Shown piece by piece: positions 1 to 13,980 of a stretch of 64,000 nucleotides of DNA. The first letter of the stretch is position 1; each line of letters opens with the position of its first letter. The translations under genes and the position numbers were made by a program. The stretch is from Octopus vulgaris (taxonomy: Eukaryota), in contig OX597824.1 in the NCBI GenBank assembly GCA_951406725.2, positions 88,660,001-88,724,000 on the forward strand, written 5' to 3'. A model generated the notes under the pieces. That model saw only the letters and a list, made by a program, of their open reading frames with translations. It did no database searches and was not told the origin of the DNA.

Positions 1-1280
1 TATGCAATGATGTCTGATGAAGTGGTCTGGTTATTTTGTTATGTAGTATATTGATAAGCAAATAAATAACCATTCTATGGAAACATATGTAACATAATTG
101 AATAATCAACTCCATCTATGTTCAGTTATTATTGTATTTTACTCTGTGATAAATGTGCAACGTCTTGTTCTTACATTCATTACATTGTATTTACAAAGTG
201 CTTAATATCATGAATTAACTCGTTAAAATTGCATCATTTGTTTTTGTTTTTTTTATGGTTGATGGATGAGAACTATTGTTGGTATTCCTTTAGAATACCT
301 TGCTAACTAAATTCTAATGTGAAGTGCTACTGTATTAATTTCCTAGATTTTAAAGATCCCTACTAATTGGAGATGTATGTATGTGTGTGTGTGTGTTGTG
401 TGTGCATGTGTATAATACACACACTCACACACACACATATAGTAGACCATTTACCCAGTAGTGAGTGTTGCTACTCTTAAAGTTGTATCTGTAAAGACAC
501 AGCACTACATGAAAAATCACGTCTCCAGAAACACCTTTTAGGATTCTAGAGGTATCGCCCAAAAATGTAGATAGGGATAGGTGTGGGGAAACACCCTTGT
601 TTTTATCTAGTTTCTTGTTGGTACAATTTATGATCACGAATACGTGCTGGTACTTAATCTTGTGCAGCAGATTGAATAAATCTCTGTTTTGGGAGAATTT
701 CAAGATTGCATAGTGTATCTGAAAGCCCACCGTTTGGGGCCCCGTCAGTTAGACAATTAGATGTTGCAGATCTGAGAATCTGATCTTTCCACTTGATTTC
801 AGTCTCTTGTACAATTAAGACCTCAATTATCTGAATGAGAAGGCAGGGAGCATTTTGTCTGAATAACTGATTGTTTTAATAATTGATCTGATCATAAAAG
901 AAAGGAAGCCATACTGAACATAATTACATTCAAATAAAGCACAAAAAGCATGTTTACAGAGTTTTTATGTTATTCAATCAATAAAGTGTACTCTTCTACA
1001 ATTTTTGATGCCTTTTCACTTTGATCTGTGTGCTGTAAAATTTCATTTTCCTGTTCAACTGTCGGTAATGTTATTTTTCTCTTTACAAACATGCTAAAAG
1101 CAACAAATGTTATTTCTGATAACAGATGTGTACTCTGTACAAAGTTGTTGAGTGAACAGAGACAACACTGATTTTCTCATGCTTTTAAATCCTTCAAAAT
1201 GCTCGGCCACTTTTATGTTATAAAATTATTTTAAAACTGTTTAAATCTACTACCCAAGAACAAACTTAGGTATTGAGTTC

Positions 1281-1690
1281 AGGGTGGTGAGCTGGCAGAA
1301 TTGTTAGCACGCCGGGCGAAATGCTTAGCGGTATTTCGTCTGCCGCTACGTTCTGAGTTCAAATTCCGCCGAGGTAGACTTTACCTTTCATCCTTTCGGC
1401 GTCAATTAAATAAGCACCAGTTACACATTGGGGTCGATATAATCAACGTAATCTGTTTGTCCTCTCTGTGTTTAGCCCCTTGTGGGTAGTAAAGAAATAG
1501 GTATTTCGTCGGCCGCTACGTTCTGAGTTCAAATTCCGCCGAGGTCGACTTTGCATTTCATCCTTTCAGGGTCGATTAAATAAGTACCAGTTACGCACTG
1601 GGGTCGATATAATCGTCTTAATCCCTTTGTCTGTCCTTGTTTGTCCCCACTATGTTAGCCCCTTGTGGGCAATAAAGAAATATAAGGTAT
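1281..1690 (+). mobile_element. SINE family C (tRNA-like head; Deu/Nin-like domain), dimeric
   Basis: GAGCTGGCAGAA...GAGTTCAAATTCC B box; TTTCATCCTTTCRGGGTCGAT...AAGTACCAG core; the ~170-bp body is repeated. Confidence 0.8.
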
Positions 1691-2065
1691 TGAGTAACTT
1701 AGCGGTTCAGCAAAAAGAGAATGATAAAATAAATACTAGGCTTCCAAAGAATAAGTCCTGGGGTCGATTTGCTCGACTAAAGGCAGTGTTCCAGCATGGC
1801 CACAGTCAAATGACAGAAACAAGTAAAAGAGAAAGAGAGTATATATATATATATATATATCAATTGAATACACCTACTGAAAGAACTACAGGTAGTTTCA
1901 TGTTTTTATGGTACTTCGAGTAAGCATATATATAAAATACATCAGGTGTCTCCAAGCAACCTGTTTATTACTAGCTCTATTAGTATGTGTTTTAAATTGA
2001 CCTCTCACTGGATAGAGTATTTTTCTTTCTTTTGTTGGATCTATATTGGATCTATAAACTATACT

Positions 2066-2478
2066 CATTTACTCTTTTACTTGTTTCAGTCATCTGACTG
2101 TGGCCATGCTGGAGCACCGCCTTCAGTCGAGCAAATTGACCCCGGGACTTATTCTTTGTAATCCCAGTACTTATTCTATCAGTCTCTTTTGCCGAACCGC
2201 TAAGTGACGGGGACGTAAACACACCAGCATCGGTTGTCAGGCGATGTTGGGGGACACACAGACACACATACACAAATATATATATATATATACATACATA
2301 TACATATATACGACGAGCTTCTTTCAGTTTCCATCTACCAAATCCACTCACAAGGCATTGGTCAGCCCGGGGATATAGCAGAAGACACTTGGCCAAGATG
2401 CCATGCAGTGGGACCGAACCCGGAACCATGTGGTTGGTAAGCAAGCTACTTACCACACAGCCACTCCTGCACCTATAC
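2066..2478 (-). mobile_element. SINE family A (tRNA-like head, CORE-like segment, internal TA/CA microsatellite, GAGTAAAA tail)
   Basis: A/B-box-like TGGCTGTGTGG / GGTTC(A/G)GTCCC, CORE-like CTTGG(G/C)CAAGT segment; ~20 copies in the window. Confidence 0.85.
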
Positions 2479-4443
2479 GTAGATAACAATAATATCTTTT
2501 AGTTATATGTATTCAGAATTCAAGACTGTATTTATGAATATATAACAGTAGTTTTACCGATAGCTAACTCTTTAAATTTACTAGTATATTTTCATGATCT
2601 CATTTTTATTAAAGTATTTTAAATGCGTTATCTATTGCAAAATCTTTTAATTGGTAATTATTTTCCTAAGGCTATATAATAATGTATGTGTGTGGATGAA
2701 TTGGGTGACAAGAGAACAGAAATTATGCAATCAGCTTCAATAGCTTACAGCTGTTTCAGCTATGAGGAGCTGTGCACTTAAAGCTGAGTGTTTGTGCCCA
2801 CGTCTTCCTCTTAGCTATCCTAGCACTTCCTTATCCATCCATTAAGCTCCATATGTATCATGTGTTCATACCAATGTAGTGTTGGTTCCTGCACACTGCA
2901 GCTGGCTCTTGTACCTACTTGTATCTCTCAGCTCATCTGCACCACGTCTATGTATACAAACATTACACATCCAGCAGACAATACATGTTTCTTATCTCCT
3001 GCAACCCACAAATATCCTTTGCATTCAGTGTCCAACATCTCAGTACCCTGCAGTATTGTATTTCGTTCATGAACAACATACAATCTACCCATTGCTTAGA
3101 GAAAGAGTCCTTTGTCTGAAGGAAGTGTCAACACTCGAGTCTTTCCTTGATTTTGTCTCGTAGATAGCTGTTGCCAGCCTACCCTGCCACCTAAAAAGCA
3201 CCATCCGTACGTGGCCGATGCCAGCGCCGCCTTGGCTGGCTTAAAAAGCACCAACTGATCATGGCCATTGCCAGCCTTCCCTGGCACGTAAAAGCACCCA
3301 CTACACTCACAGAGTGGTTGGCATTAGGAAGGGCATCCAGCTGTAGAAATACTGCCAGATCAGACTGGAGCCTGGTGCAGCCTCCTGGCTTCCCAGACCC
3401 CGGTCGAACCGTTCAACCCATGCTAGCATGGAAAATGGACGTTAAACGACGATGAAGATGAGGGCAGTTACCAGCTCCTCCATATTTGATAGCAGATTCA
3501 AAATGTTATCTTCCACAATTTATGGAATAATTCCAGAGCCTTGTAAGAAATTTTTGAAGGCTGATTCACTTAAATGTCCTCACCAGTGTTTCAAGAGATC
3601 ACTTTTTTTCAGGGCAGTAATGTGAGCCATCCTTACATCTCACTGACACATTACCTCATCATCATCATCATCGTTTAATGTCCGCTTTCCATGCTAGCAT
3701 GGGTTGGACAGTTTTGACTGAGGGCTGGCGAACCAGATGGTTGTACCAGGCTCCAATCTTGATCTGGCAGAGTTTCTACAGCTGGATGCCCTTCCTAACG
3801 CCAACCACTCCGAGAGTGTAGTGGGTGCTTTTTACGTGCCACCGGAAGCCTTCACATCGTGAGAATAAGCACAGGCCTGAATTTGTCCACCTCCTTGTCT
3901 GACCATTGGTCTTTCAGGTGCCACATTTCCTTTTGTAGTAAGGCATTCACATCACTGACTCAGATGGTTGCTTGTCATGTGACCGACTCATTACAAACAG
4001 TTAGATGGTACTTTTGAATAAACCCTTCAAGAGGATGCCCAAGCATAGCCATAGTCCAATGCCTGAAGCAAGTAAAAAACAAAAAAGAATATAACTACAT
4101 CTTTTGGTCGTATTTTTCAAATCAAAATAAAGACTATTTTCTTTTACTCTTTTTATTCAAGTTATAAAAAATAAAAAAAACAAATTTAAAATGTTGCAAA
4201 TATTCTTTTCTTCTCTAGGCACAAGGCCAGAAATTTTGGGAGAGGGGGAAAGTTGATTAGATTGACCCCAGTACATAACTGGTGCTTAATTTATTGACCC
4301 CCAAAAGGATGAAAAGCAAAGTCGCCCTTGGTGGAATTTGAACTCAAAATGTAAAGACAGAAGAAATACCTATTTCTTTATTACCCGCAAGGGGCTAAAC
4401 ATAGAGGGGACAAACAAGGACAGACAAATGGATTAAGTCGATT

Positions 4444-4791
4444 TGGCCGTCCGCCAGCCCCGTCTGGCACCTGTGTCGGTGACACATAAGAAAACACCAT
4501 CCGAGCGTGGCCGTCAGCCAGCCTCATCTGGCACCTGTGTCGGTGGCACATAAAAAACACCATCCGAGCGTGGACGTCTGCCAGCCTCGTCTGGCACCTG
4601 TGTCGGTGGCACATAAAATCACCCACTACACTCTCGGAGTGGTTGGCATTAGGAAGGGCATCAAGCTGTACAAACACTGCCAGATCAGACTGGAGCCTGG
4701 TGCAGCCTTCGGGCTTGCCAGACCCCAGTTGAACCGTCCAACCCATGCTAGCATGGATAGCGGACGTTAAACGATGATGATGATGATGATG
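4444..4791 (+). mobile_element. Retroelement family B (RTE-type GGAAGGGCATC motif, ~55-bp internal repeats, (GAT)n tail) inserted in a family C SINE
   Basis: GGTTGGCRTTAGGAAGGGCATC...GCATGGAWAGCGGACGTTAAAC(GAT)n; ~16 copies in the window. Confidence 0.8.
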
Positions 4792-4989
4792 ACATCAACC
4801 CCAGTGTTACTTAATTTATCGACCCTGAAAGGATGAAAGGCAAAGTTTACCTTGGCGGAATTTGAACTCAGAACGTAACGGCAGATGAAATACCGCTAAG
4901 CATTTCGCCTGGCGTGCTAACGATTCTGCCAGCTTTGCCGCCTTAAAATGTTGCAAATATTAATACAACCATGTTAAATGTTCTCTCTT

Positions 4990-5203
4990 TCACACTTTTA
5001 CTTGTTTCGGTCATTTGACTGTGGCCATGCTGGAGCACCACCTTTAATCAAGCAACTCGACCCCGGGACTTATTCTTTTGTAAGCCCAGTACTTATCCTA
5101 TCGGTCTCTTTTGCCGAACCGCTAAGTTACGGGGACGTAAACACACCAGCATCGGTTGTCAAGCAATGCTAGGGGGACAAACACAGACACACAAACACAC
5201 ACA

Positions 5204-5243
<40 letters not shown>

Positions 5244-5408
5244 TACGACGGGCTTCTTTCAGTTTCCGTCTACCAAATCCACTCACAAGGCTTTGGTCGG
5301 CCCAAGGCTATAGTAGAAGACACTTGCCCAAGGTGCCACGCAGTGGGACTGAACCCGGAACCATGTGGTTGGTAAACAAGCTACTTACCACACAGCCACT
5401 CCTGCGTT
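4990..5408 (-). mobile_element. SINE family A, full length
   Basis: High similarity to the other family A copies. Confidence 0.85.
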
Positions 5409-5896
5409 CTGTTGAGAACTAAATCACAGCCTTTTGTATGGAAAAGTAATGAGAACAGCAAATAATTTATTCATTTAAATCCATAGCATTCTTATCAAAT
5501 GGATTTGGTGAACTAAACAATATATATAATCCTCTGAAGTTTTCAACTGATGAGCCTCAAGGAACAGTTGAAATTCAAGATATTCATCATCATTGTTATG
5601 ATTGGGTTTTTTTCCATGCTGATATGAGTAGGAGAAAACTTCCTGAGGCAATAATCTAGAGCCGGGGGCTCTTCCTGATGCCAGTTGGTTAAATTGCTTT
5701 TAAGTAAGGTACTTTTATTCTACACCTTCACATGTTGAACCTCTGAGCTGTGAAGGACATAGAAAGGCACAGGTAAGAATTGTGTGATTAAGAAGCTTCC
5801 CAATCCATGTGGTCTTGGGTTCAGTCCTTGAGCAGGTGATTTCTACTATAGCCCTGAGCCGTGAGTGGATTTGGTAGGTGGAAACGTGTTGAACGA

Positions 5897-6058
5897 AGCA
5901 TGCATGCATGTGTATATGTGTTCGTATGTATGTGTATGCGTATGTATGTGTGTGCATATGTATGTGTGTGCATATGTATGTGTGTGTGTATGTGTGTTTG
6001 TATGTATGTGCAGGTGTATGTATGTGCATGCATATGTATGTGCGTGCATATGTATATT
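5897..6058. repeat. Compound (TG/TA)n microsatellite
   Basis: Direct reading. Confidence 0.9.
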
Positions 6059-6928
6059 TTTTGGCTTGTCAGCTCTTGTTGAATCCTCCAACCCATACCA
6101 GCATGGAAAAAAAGGATGTTAAACGGTGATGATGATCCTGGCAAGAGAGTACCTTTAGTCATAGATCTTACTAGGGCTGACTTTGGGCTAAACAGCAACA
6201 GCAACAATATATAATGTGCTATCACAATTTCAGGTATCATCACTGATACCAAACCATAAATGCATAGGATTCGTCAAACTGATTGCAAATATTTTCATGT
6301 GAGGAACCATTTAATAATATTTTTGTATGACTGTCAGAAAAGGAAGGGCAATGCCCATAACTCTGTAACCCTTTTCTAAGGTCCCTGAGAATGGGGTTCA
6401 AAAGAAGAAGTTATACTTTCCAGGTCCAAACACTCAACAGAGTAGACCTTACCAAATGCATGCATGCATGGTGGTGTCAAACCAGTTAATGGATTAAGTT
6501 TGCCACATAAAAACAAGAATGGGTCCCTGAGACAGGCTTCCACATAGTTTTGTTCTGGCAAATTTTACTCACAAAGCATTGGTCAGCCAGGGCCTACAGC
6601 AGAACACATTTGCCTAAGTTGCCATGTAGTGTGATTAAACTGGAAGCCACATGGCTACATGAACTTCTTCATCACATGACCATACCAACATGAAATTACT
6701 AAGAGTTCTATTGTGAATCAGAACTGAAGCCCTGCGCCACAAACCCAGTTCAGTATTTCTCTTGTAACAAATTTCATTGTGCTTGATTGAAATTTTATAA
6801 GAATTATAATGAAGGTCATATAAGGGGAAACAGCAAGAAGCATGACAGGCATACTGTAAACAATGTGTCTATGTGTCCAGACTGATGCAGGGAGGTTTTA
6901 CAATAGTACGGCAGTCATTATATTATGT

Positions 6929-7027
6929 TCAAACAGACTCTTCGCTTGCTGTATCTTTCTCTGGGGTTGCATGGATTAGAATTGCTTGCAGGCTTGATTC
7001 TGGAAACTCTGGCCACTTCTGTAATTC
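6929..7027 (-). CDS. TFB2M: TFB2M-like last coding exon (ELQKWPEFPESSLQAILIHATPEKDTASEESV*)
   Basis: ttttcAG| acceptor, in frame, TGA at 6931-6929. Confidence 0.85.
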   Translation of the reverse strand, partial: ELQKWPEFPESSLQAILIHATPEKDTASEESV

Positions 7028-10000
7028 CTGAAAATATAACAACAAAATTATGTTTTTGTTAAGATATTGGCATGTCTTTGGGATAAATGTTAGAAGTAAT
7101 GGGTTTCTACACTTAAATCAACAACTAAAAAGAAGCAGCGGACATTGCTACTGCCACCATCACCACCACATGTCTGCTATAAAGTATACAGCAAATGCAA
7201 AAATTATGCAAAGAAGATGCCAGCGCCGCCTCGACTGGCTTCCGTGCCGGTGGCACATAAAAAGCACCATCCGAATGTGGCCGATGCCAGCGCCTTGCCT
7301 GGCTTCCGTGCCAGTGGCACATAAAAAGCACCAATCCGATCGTGGCCATTGCCAGCCTTGCCTGGCACCTGTGCCGGTGACATGTAAAAAGCACCCACTA
7401 CACTCACGGAGTGGTTGGCGTTAGGAAGGGCATCCAGCTGTAGAAACACTGCCAAATCAGACTGGAGCCTGGTGCAGCCTCCTGGCTTCCCAGATCCCCG
7501 GTCGAACCGTCCAACCCATGCTAGCATGCAAAACGGACATTAAACGATGATTATGATGATGATGATGAAATATACTTAGAAGTTAGACTTAATCCTAAGT
7601 CAGATTGTAACAGATGGGAATTTGATCTATTGGATTATCCCATAAATAATGTGTTTTCATTTGCATGAACTAAAAGTCAGAGGGGGGCGGAATAAACTAC
7701 TTGCATCAACTTGCTATAAAAGCAGGTAGCAAATTTACCATGTATTTATTCTTAGTGCAAGTTTTGAAAAGTGCAGTTCAATTTTAACATTTATTTTTTC
7801 AAAGCTATAATCATCATCATTTAGCGTCCGTTTTCCATGCTAGCATGGGTTGGATGGTTTAACTGGGGTCTGTGAAGCCGGAAGGCTTCATCAGGCCCAG
7901 TCAGATTTGGCAGTGTTTCTACGGCTGGATGCCCTTCCTAACGCCAACCACTCCGCGAGTGTAGTGGGTGTTTTTTACGTGCCACCTGCACAGGTGCCAG
8001 ACAGAGCTGGCGAACGGCCACGAACGGATGGTGTTTTTACGTGTCACCGGCACGGGGCCAGGCAATGCTGGCAACGGACACGAACGGATGGTGCTTTTAC
8101 GTGCCACCGACACGGGGCCAGACAGAGCTGGCAAACGGCCACGAACGGACGGTGCTTTTACGTGTCACCTGCACGGGGGCCAGCCGAGGCTGACAACAAA
8201 CATGAACGGATGGTGCTTGACAAACGAACATATTCAGTATATTTTGCTTTATGAGTTCAATAAAGGTGACAACACAACAAAAATGCAGTATATGGAGTTC
8301 GGACAATAAGCATAAGCCTGTGTCAGTGATGGTTCCTGAAATTCCGAGCCAGAAACTACAGCCTAGAAAAAAGCCTTGTCCTGGAAGTTCTGTAGAGCTC
8401 AACAAAGATGTCCTGCAAACCCTAGTGGAACAAAATCCCATCGTAACTGTTGAAGAGAAGCTTGGACTTGGTCATTCAACCATTCATCAAGATCTGCTTG
8501 CCATTGGAAAAGTCAACAAATTGGGTCAATGGGTTCCTTACAAACTTTCTGAGTTCAATTGCGTGCAGAGAGTGAATGTGTGCTCTTCTTTGCTATCAAG
8601 TCTCACGAATGAACCTTTTTTGGACTGAATAGTGACTGGTGACATGAAATGGGTTCTGTATAAAAATGTCAAGTACCAAAGAGAGTGGGTAGGGAAAGGA
8701 GAAACATGGGAACCCCAGGCTAAAGAAGGTCTTCCCCCACATAAGGTGTTGTTATATGTTTGGTGGGATATGAAAGGGTTAGTCAACTTTGAACTTTTAA
8801 AACCTGAACTAAACGATAACAAAGGAGATCTACTGTGAGCAGCTTGATCAGCTTAAGTCAGAGCTAGAAGAAAAATGACCATCTTTTGTTTCAAGACGAA
8901 AGTTGTTCTTCCATCAGGATAATGTTTGGCCACATACAGCAAGGATGACATGGCAAAAGTTGGAGCAGTTTGAATGGGAAACGATGCCCCACCTACCATA
9001 TTTACTGGACATTTCCCCTTCTGATTATCATTTATTCCACAGTCTTCAAAATCATTTGGATGGAAAAAGTATGAATTCTGTAGATGCAGTCGGAATAGTA
9101 CTGGAGGAGTATTTTTCGTCACAAACAAGGGAACTTTGAAAGAGGGGCCTTGCAAGTTTACCAGAAAGAGCATTGTAGAAAATGAAGGAGAGTATATTTT
9201 AGATTAAAAAAGAGGTTTGTTTATCTTACAAAAGAAGTTTAAAAAAAAACACATTATTTATGTGGTGCCCCAGCATGGCTGCGGACTTCGGGCTAAAACA
9301 TTTTTAAGGATTTAAGGATATGTGATGACCCAATATATTTATAAATGATACAATACAATACATACCAAGTAAAGTTCTAAGTATTGCTCTGGAGACACTT
9401 CTCCTATCAAATGCATCATAGTGTATCCCATCCGTATTAAATGAACTCCAGATCCTGGCAACCAGCTTCTAAAAACAAAAAAAAAACAAAGATGAAATAT
9501 TGAATAAAATACTAAGCAATGACTACCATCACTACCATTTACCCAAAATATTAAAATTAGACGACTCCAGTTACTAAAGTCAACGAAAACATAGGCTAAA
9601 CATGGTGAACATTGCTTTAGACTAACTAGTGACAAATCTTATACTAAAATATATGATAGCTTTAAGCCTTTTGCATTCAGGTTATTGTGTTAGATGTAAT
9701 GCTTGTTTGTTCACTTTGTTTTGAATTAATCATGCATTATCTTGTAGCTTTGAGATTTTGATAATGTAATTGTTCGTGGCCGTTGCCAGCCTCGCCTGGC
9801 CCCCGTGCCGGTGACACGTAAAAAGCACCATCTGTTCGTGGCCAATGCCAGCCTCGCCTGGCCCCCATGCCGGTGGCACATAAAAAGCACCATCCGATCA
9901 TGGCCGTTTGCCAGACTCGTCTGACACCTGTGCCGGTGGCACGTAAAAAGCACCCACTACCCTCATGGATTGGTTGGCGTTAGGAAGGGCATCTAGCCGT

Positions 10001-13000
10001 AGAAACATTGCCAGATCAAACTGGGCCTGGTACAGCCTTCTGGCTTCCCGGACCCCAGTTGAACCGTCCAACCCATGCTAGCATGGAAAGCGGATGCTAA
10101 ACGATGATGATGATGATGATGATATTCAAGAAGTGAATATTCAAAAGGGTTAAAGGCTGGATCTGACCAGTTTGAACATAAAACAGAATATTTTGGCCTG
10201 ACATTGCCAGCTTAAATTCTAAAAGGCTAACACAAATTTTTTTAAAAAATAAACCAAACCAACAGTCGCCAATATCAACAAAACATTCTGGAAAGAAGTG
10301 TACTGAAAATGGTACACCCCTTCCCCTCTGCTAGATAACAGAAGGTCTCCTAGGTAACAGAAGCTATCAACTACTTCTACTACATCTACAGTGCCTTCTA
10401 AACATTTCCAGGAACTTACTTTACCAAAAGCAACCAAACTGTTTATATACTCAACAAATGCAGCAGTTAAGCTATGAAGGGGTCCCTAATTTGCATACCA
10501 AAAGTGTTTAACACTCTATAAATACCAGCAGCCTGTCAATGGGGATCTTAGTCTACACAGTATCAAGGTATAATATAATAAATATGTAACATATGGTATA
10601 ATTATAATCAGGGGGATTTTTGGCCATTTCTCTGCAGAGTGAAACAATTACAAACAACCTTAATCAATTTTCAAGTCTTACTGGGTTCTCATCAGAGGCG
10701 TCCACATCGATAGGTTTCTTTCAGTTTCCATCTACCAAATCCACTCACAAGGCATTGGTCAGCCCAAGGCTTTAATACAAGACACTTGCTCAAGGTGCCA
10801 CACAGTGGGACTGAACCCAAAACTATGTGGTTGGGTAGCAAACTTGTTACCACGCAGGCATGCCTGCACCTATCAATACTCTTTTGCTTGTTTCAGTCAT
10901 TTGACTGTGGCCATGCTGGAGCACCGCCTTTAGTCGAGCAAATCGACCCCAGGACTTATTCTTTGTGAGCCTAGTACTTATTCTATTGGTCTCTTTTGCC
11001 GAACTGCTAAGTTACGGGGACGTAAACACACCAGCATCGGTTGTCAAGAGATGTTGGGGGGACAAACACATACACACACACATACATACATACATATATA
11101 CGACGGGCTTCTTTCAGTTTCCGTCTACCAAATCCACTCACAAGGCTTTGGTCAGCCCAAGGCTATAGTTGAAGACACTTGCCCGAGGTGCCACGCAGTG
11201 GGTCGGAACCCGGAACCATGAGGTTGGTAAGCAAGCTACTTACCACACAACCGCTCCTACGCAAACTTATGATCAAGAGCAGGTATTCAAACTTTTATCT
11301 TTTACTTGTTTCAGTCATTGGACTGCAGCCATGGGGATGTAAACAAGCCAACACTGGCAGTGGAGTGATGTTAGCAGCGGACAAATATAAGCAGAAGGAC
11401 ACACACACGTATACATATACTATGTATATATTGTTTTTAAAAAGAGATAGGTTTTTTTTTTATTTCGCACCTAACATAATTAAACATCAGCATATAATGG
11501 TGTCAAGCAGCTAATTAGTTAAATCGTTAAGTCATTAAGCTTTTTGCAGCCAGCTGTCACTCAAGTATGACTTGGCAACGTATCATAAATTAAAAATCTC
11601 TTAGGTACCTATTTAGCTGCCAGTAGATATAATCACTCTCTGGGTTCCAATAAATTATCCGGGATGTGATGGCTGGAAGGCGGGGAGAGACAGCTGCACC
11701 AGCAAACCACCTGGTACACTTTTATAATGGAGTAGATAACAGCAAAGTTAAATGAAGTGTCTTGCTCAAGGACACAATGCACCCTCCTTTGCAGGGATTG
11801 AACTCATAGCCTCTAGCTATAGGACCACACGCCTCCACCAAATTACTAAACTTAATACTGGAAATATTTTCCAAAAGTAGGGTGCCATTCACAGTGGCAT
11901 TTCACTGCTCTGAAAATAAATTCTGCTAATGCTAACCAATGTATAGGCGCAATGGCCCAGTGGTTAGGGCAGCGGACTCGCGGTCGGAGGATCACAGTTT
12001 CGATTCCCAGACTGGGCGTTGAGTGTGTTTATTGAGCAAAAACACCTAAAGCTCCATGAGGCTCTGGCAGGGGGTAGTGGCAACCCCTGTTGTACTCTTT
12101 CGCCCCAACTTTCTCTCACTTTTTCTTCCTGTTTCTTGAGTAACGCTGCGATGGACTGGTGTCCCCTCCAGCTGGGGGGAACATATACGCCACAGAAACC
12201 GGGCCCATGAGCCTGGCTAGGCTTGAAAAGGGCGTATAAATAAATAAATAAATAATAATGCTAACCAATATAATCATCATCATCATTATCCTCCTCCTCC
12301 TCACCACCACCACCCAAGGGCACAGCACACAGCCTGGTATTGAACTCACAATCTCGAGCTGAACATCCTACCCACTTAGCTATGCACCCTCACTACAGAA
12401 CTTCAAGCTACACTTCAACCAAACCAACCTTTGCAGTCTGAGAAAGACTTATGGTCAAGGACACTTTCCCTCCTCCTCTTTTTGCACCTCTTCCTTTCTT
12501 CATTGAATATCATTTATTGTTTATTGTTTAACATCCACTTTCCATGCTAGCATGGTTTGGATGATTTGACTGAGGGCTGGCAAACCAGATGGCTGCACCA
12601 GGCTCCAATCTTGATTTGGCAGAGTTTCTACAGCTGGATGCCCTTCCTAATGCCAACCACTCTGAGAGTGTAGTGGGTGCTTTTACGTGCCACCGGCACG
12701 AGGGCCAGTCAGGTGGTACTGGCAATGGTCACGAAAACATCATCATCCTCACCATCCTCATTACTTAACATCTCCTTTTCCGTGTTGGCATAAGTCGGAT
12801 GTTTCAACGGGAACCAAGAAACCGGAAGATTGCATACAGTTCCAAAGTCTGCTTTGCCATGGTTTCTACGATTGGATGCTCTACCTGATGCCAACCACAT
12901 CACAGAGTGGACTGGGTGCTTTTTCCATGGTACCAGCAGTGGTGAAGTTACCAAGTGCTTGCAAGGGAAGATTCCCTTCCATTGAATTGGGTATGGTATT

Positions 13001-13925
13001 GATGGAAGAGAAAATATGATACAGAGTCAGAAGGATGTGTCATGCTGAAGAGGTGAATATACTCCAGCTGAGAGAGAGAGAGAGAGATGAGAGGTCAAGG
13101 TACAAAGTGAATATGAGAGAGAGAGAGAGAGAGAGATGTGAGGTCAAGGTGCAAGGTGAATATGAGAGAGAGAGAGAGAGAGACAGAGACGGAAACAGAG
13201 AGAAAGAAATAGGATAGAGGAACAAACAAGATGGGTGGATGGGTAAGTGTGTTAGAGTGTGAAACAAATGTGACAAATGAGAAAAACATAAAATCAAACA
13301 AATAAAGAGATAATAGCACAAAACATAACGAAGCTGGAAGTGACAAAAACATGGAAATGAAAGCCTGTAAAATAAAAGCTGTCAACACACAACTACCAGT
13401 AAAAGAGGAAAAAAAAACAACAAATAAACCTACAATAAAAGAACTAAACAAAAGATATATAAAATATCATTAACTGACAAATGAATTAGGTTAACGAACT
13501 ATATTAATTTATTTTTTACATCTGATATATCATACTTTAAATGTAATGTGAATTTTTTTGTTTTATATATTATAGATGCAGGTGTGGCTGTGTGGTAAGA
13601 AACTTGCGTCCCAACCACATGGTTCCAGGTTCGGTCCCACTGTGTGGCACCTTGGGCAAGTGTCTTCTACTATAGCCTCAGGCCGACCAAAGCCTTGTGA
13701 GTGGATTTGGTAGAAAGAAACCGAGAGAAGCCTGTTGTATATATATATATAATGTTATATATTTTAATAATTACTGATATATTTATATGTTATATATGTA
13801 AAGCAAAATATGTTATACATGTATGTATATTGTTATAATTATCATTTTAGTAAATAAATAAGTTGACATAATATAATGTGTAAAAGTTGATGAACCACCT
13901 ATTGATCCCCTCCATTTTCTTATTG

Positions 13926-13980
<55 letters not shown>

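Noticed and set aside
425-730. 101-aa ORF near the window start
   Set aside because: GTG start, no recognisable motif or splice context, and it ends in a microsatellite.
5536-5580. CTGATGAG...GAAA hammerhead-like words
   Set aside because: No closing stem II next to GAAA and no stem III/UH site; it is only a local TTCAACTG/CAGTTGAA hairpin.
8251-9139. Domesticated SETMAR-like or active transposase
   Set aside because: Multiple stops and frameshifts, catalytic motifs degraded (DMKW, YLLDISP), and antisense within an intron.
11945-12015. Possible tRNA gene
   Set aside because: It has A and B boxes, but the acceptor stem does not close and it continues into a SINE body with tail and TSD-like flanks.
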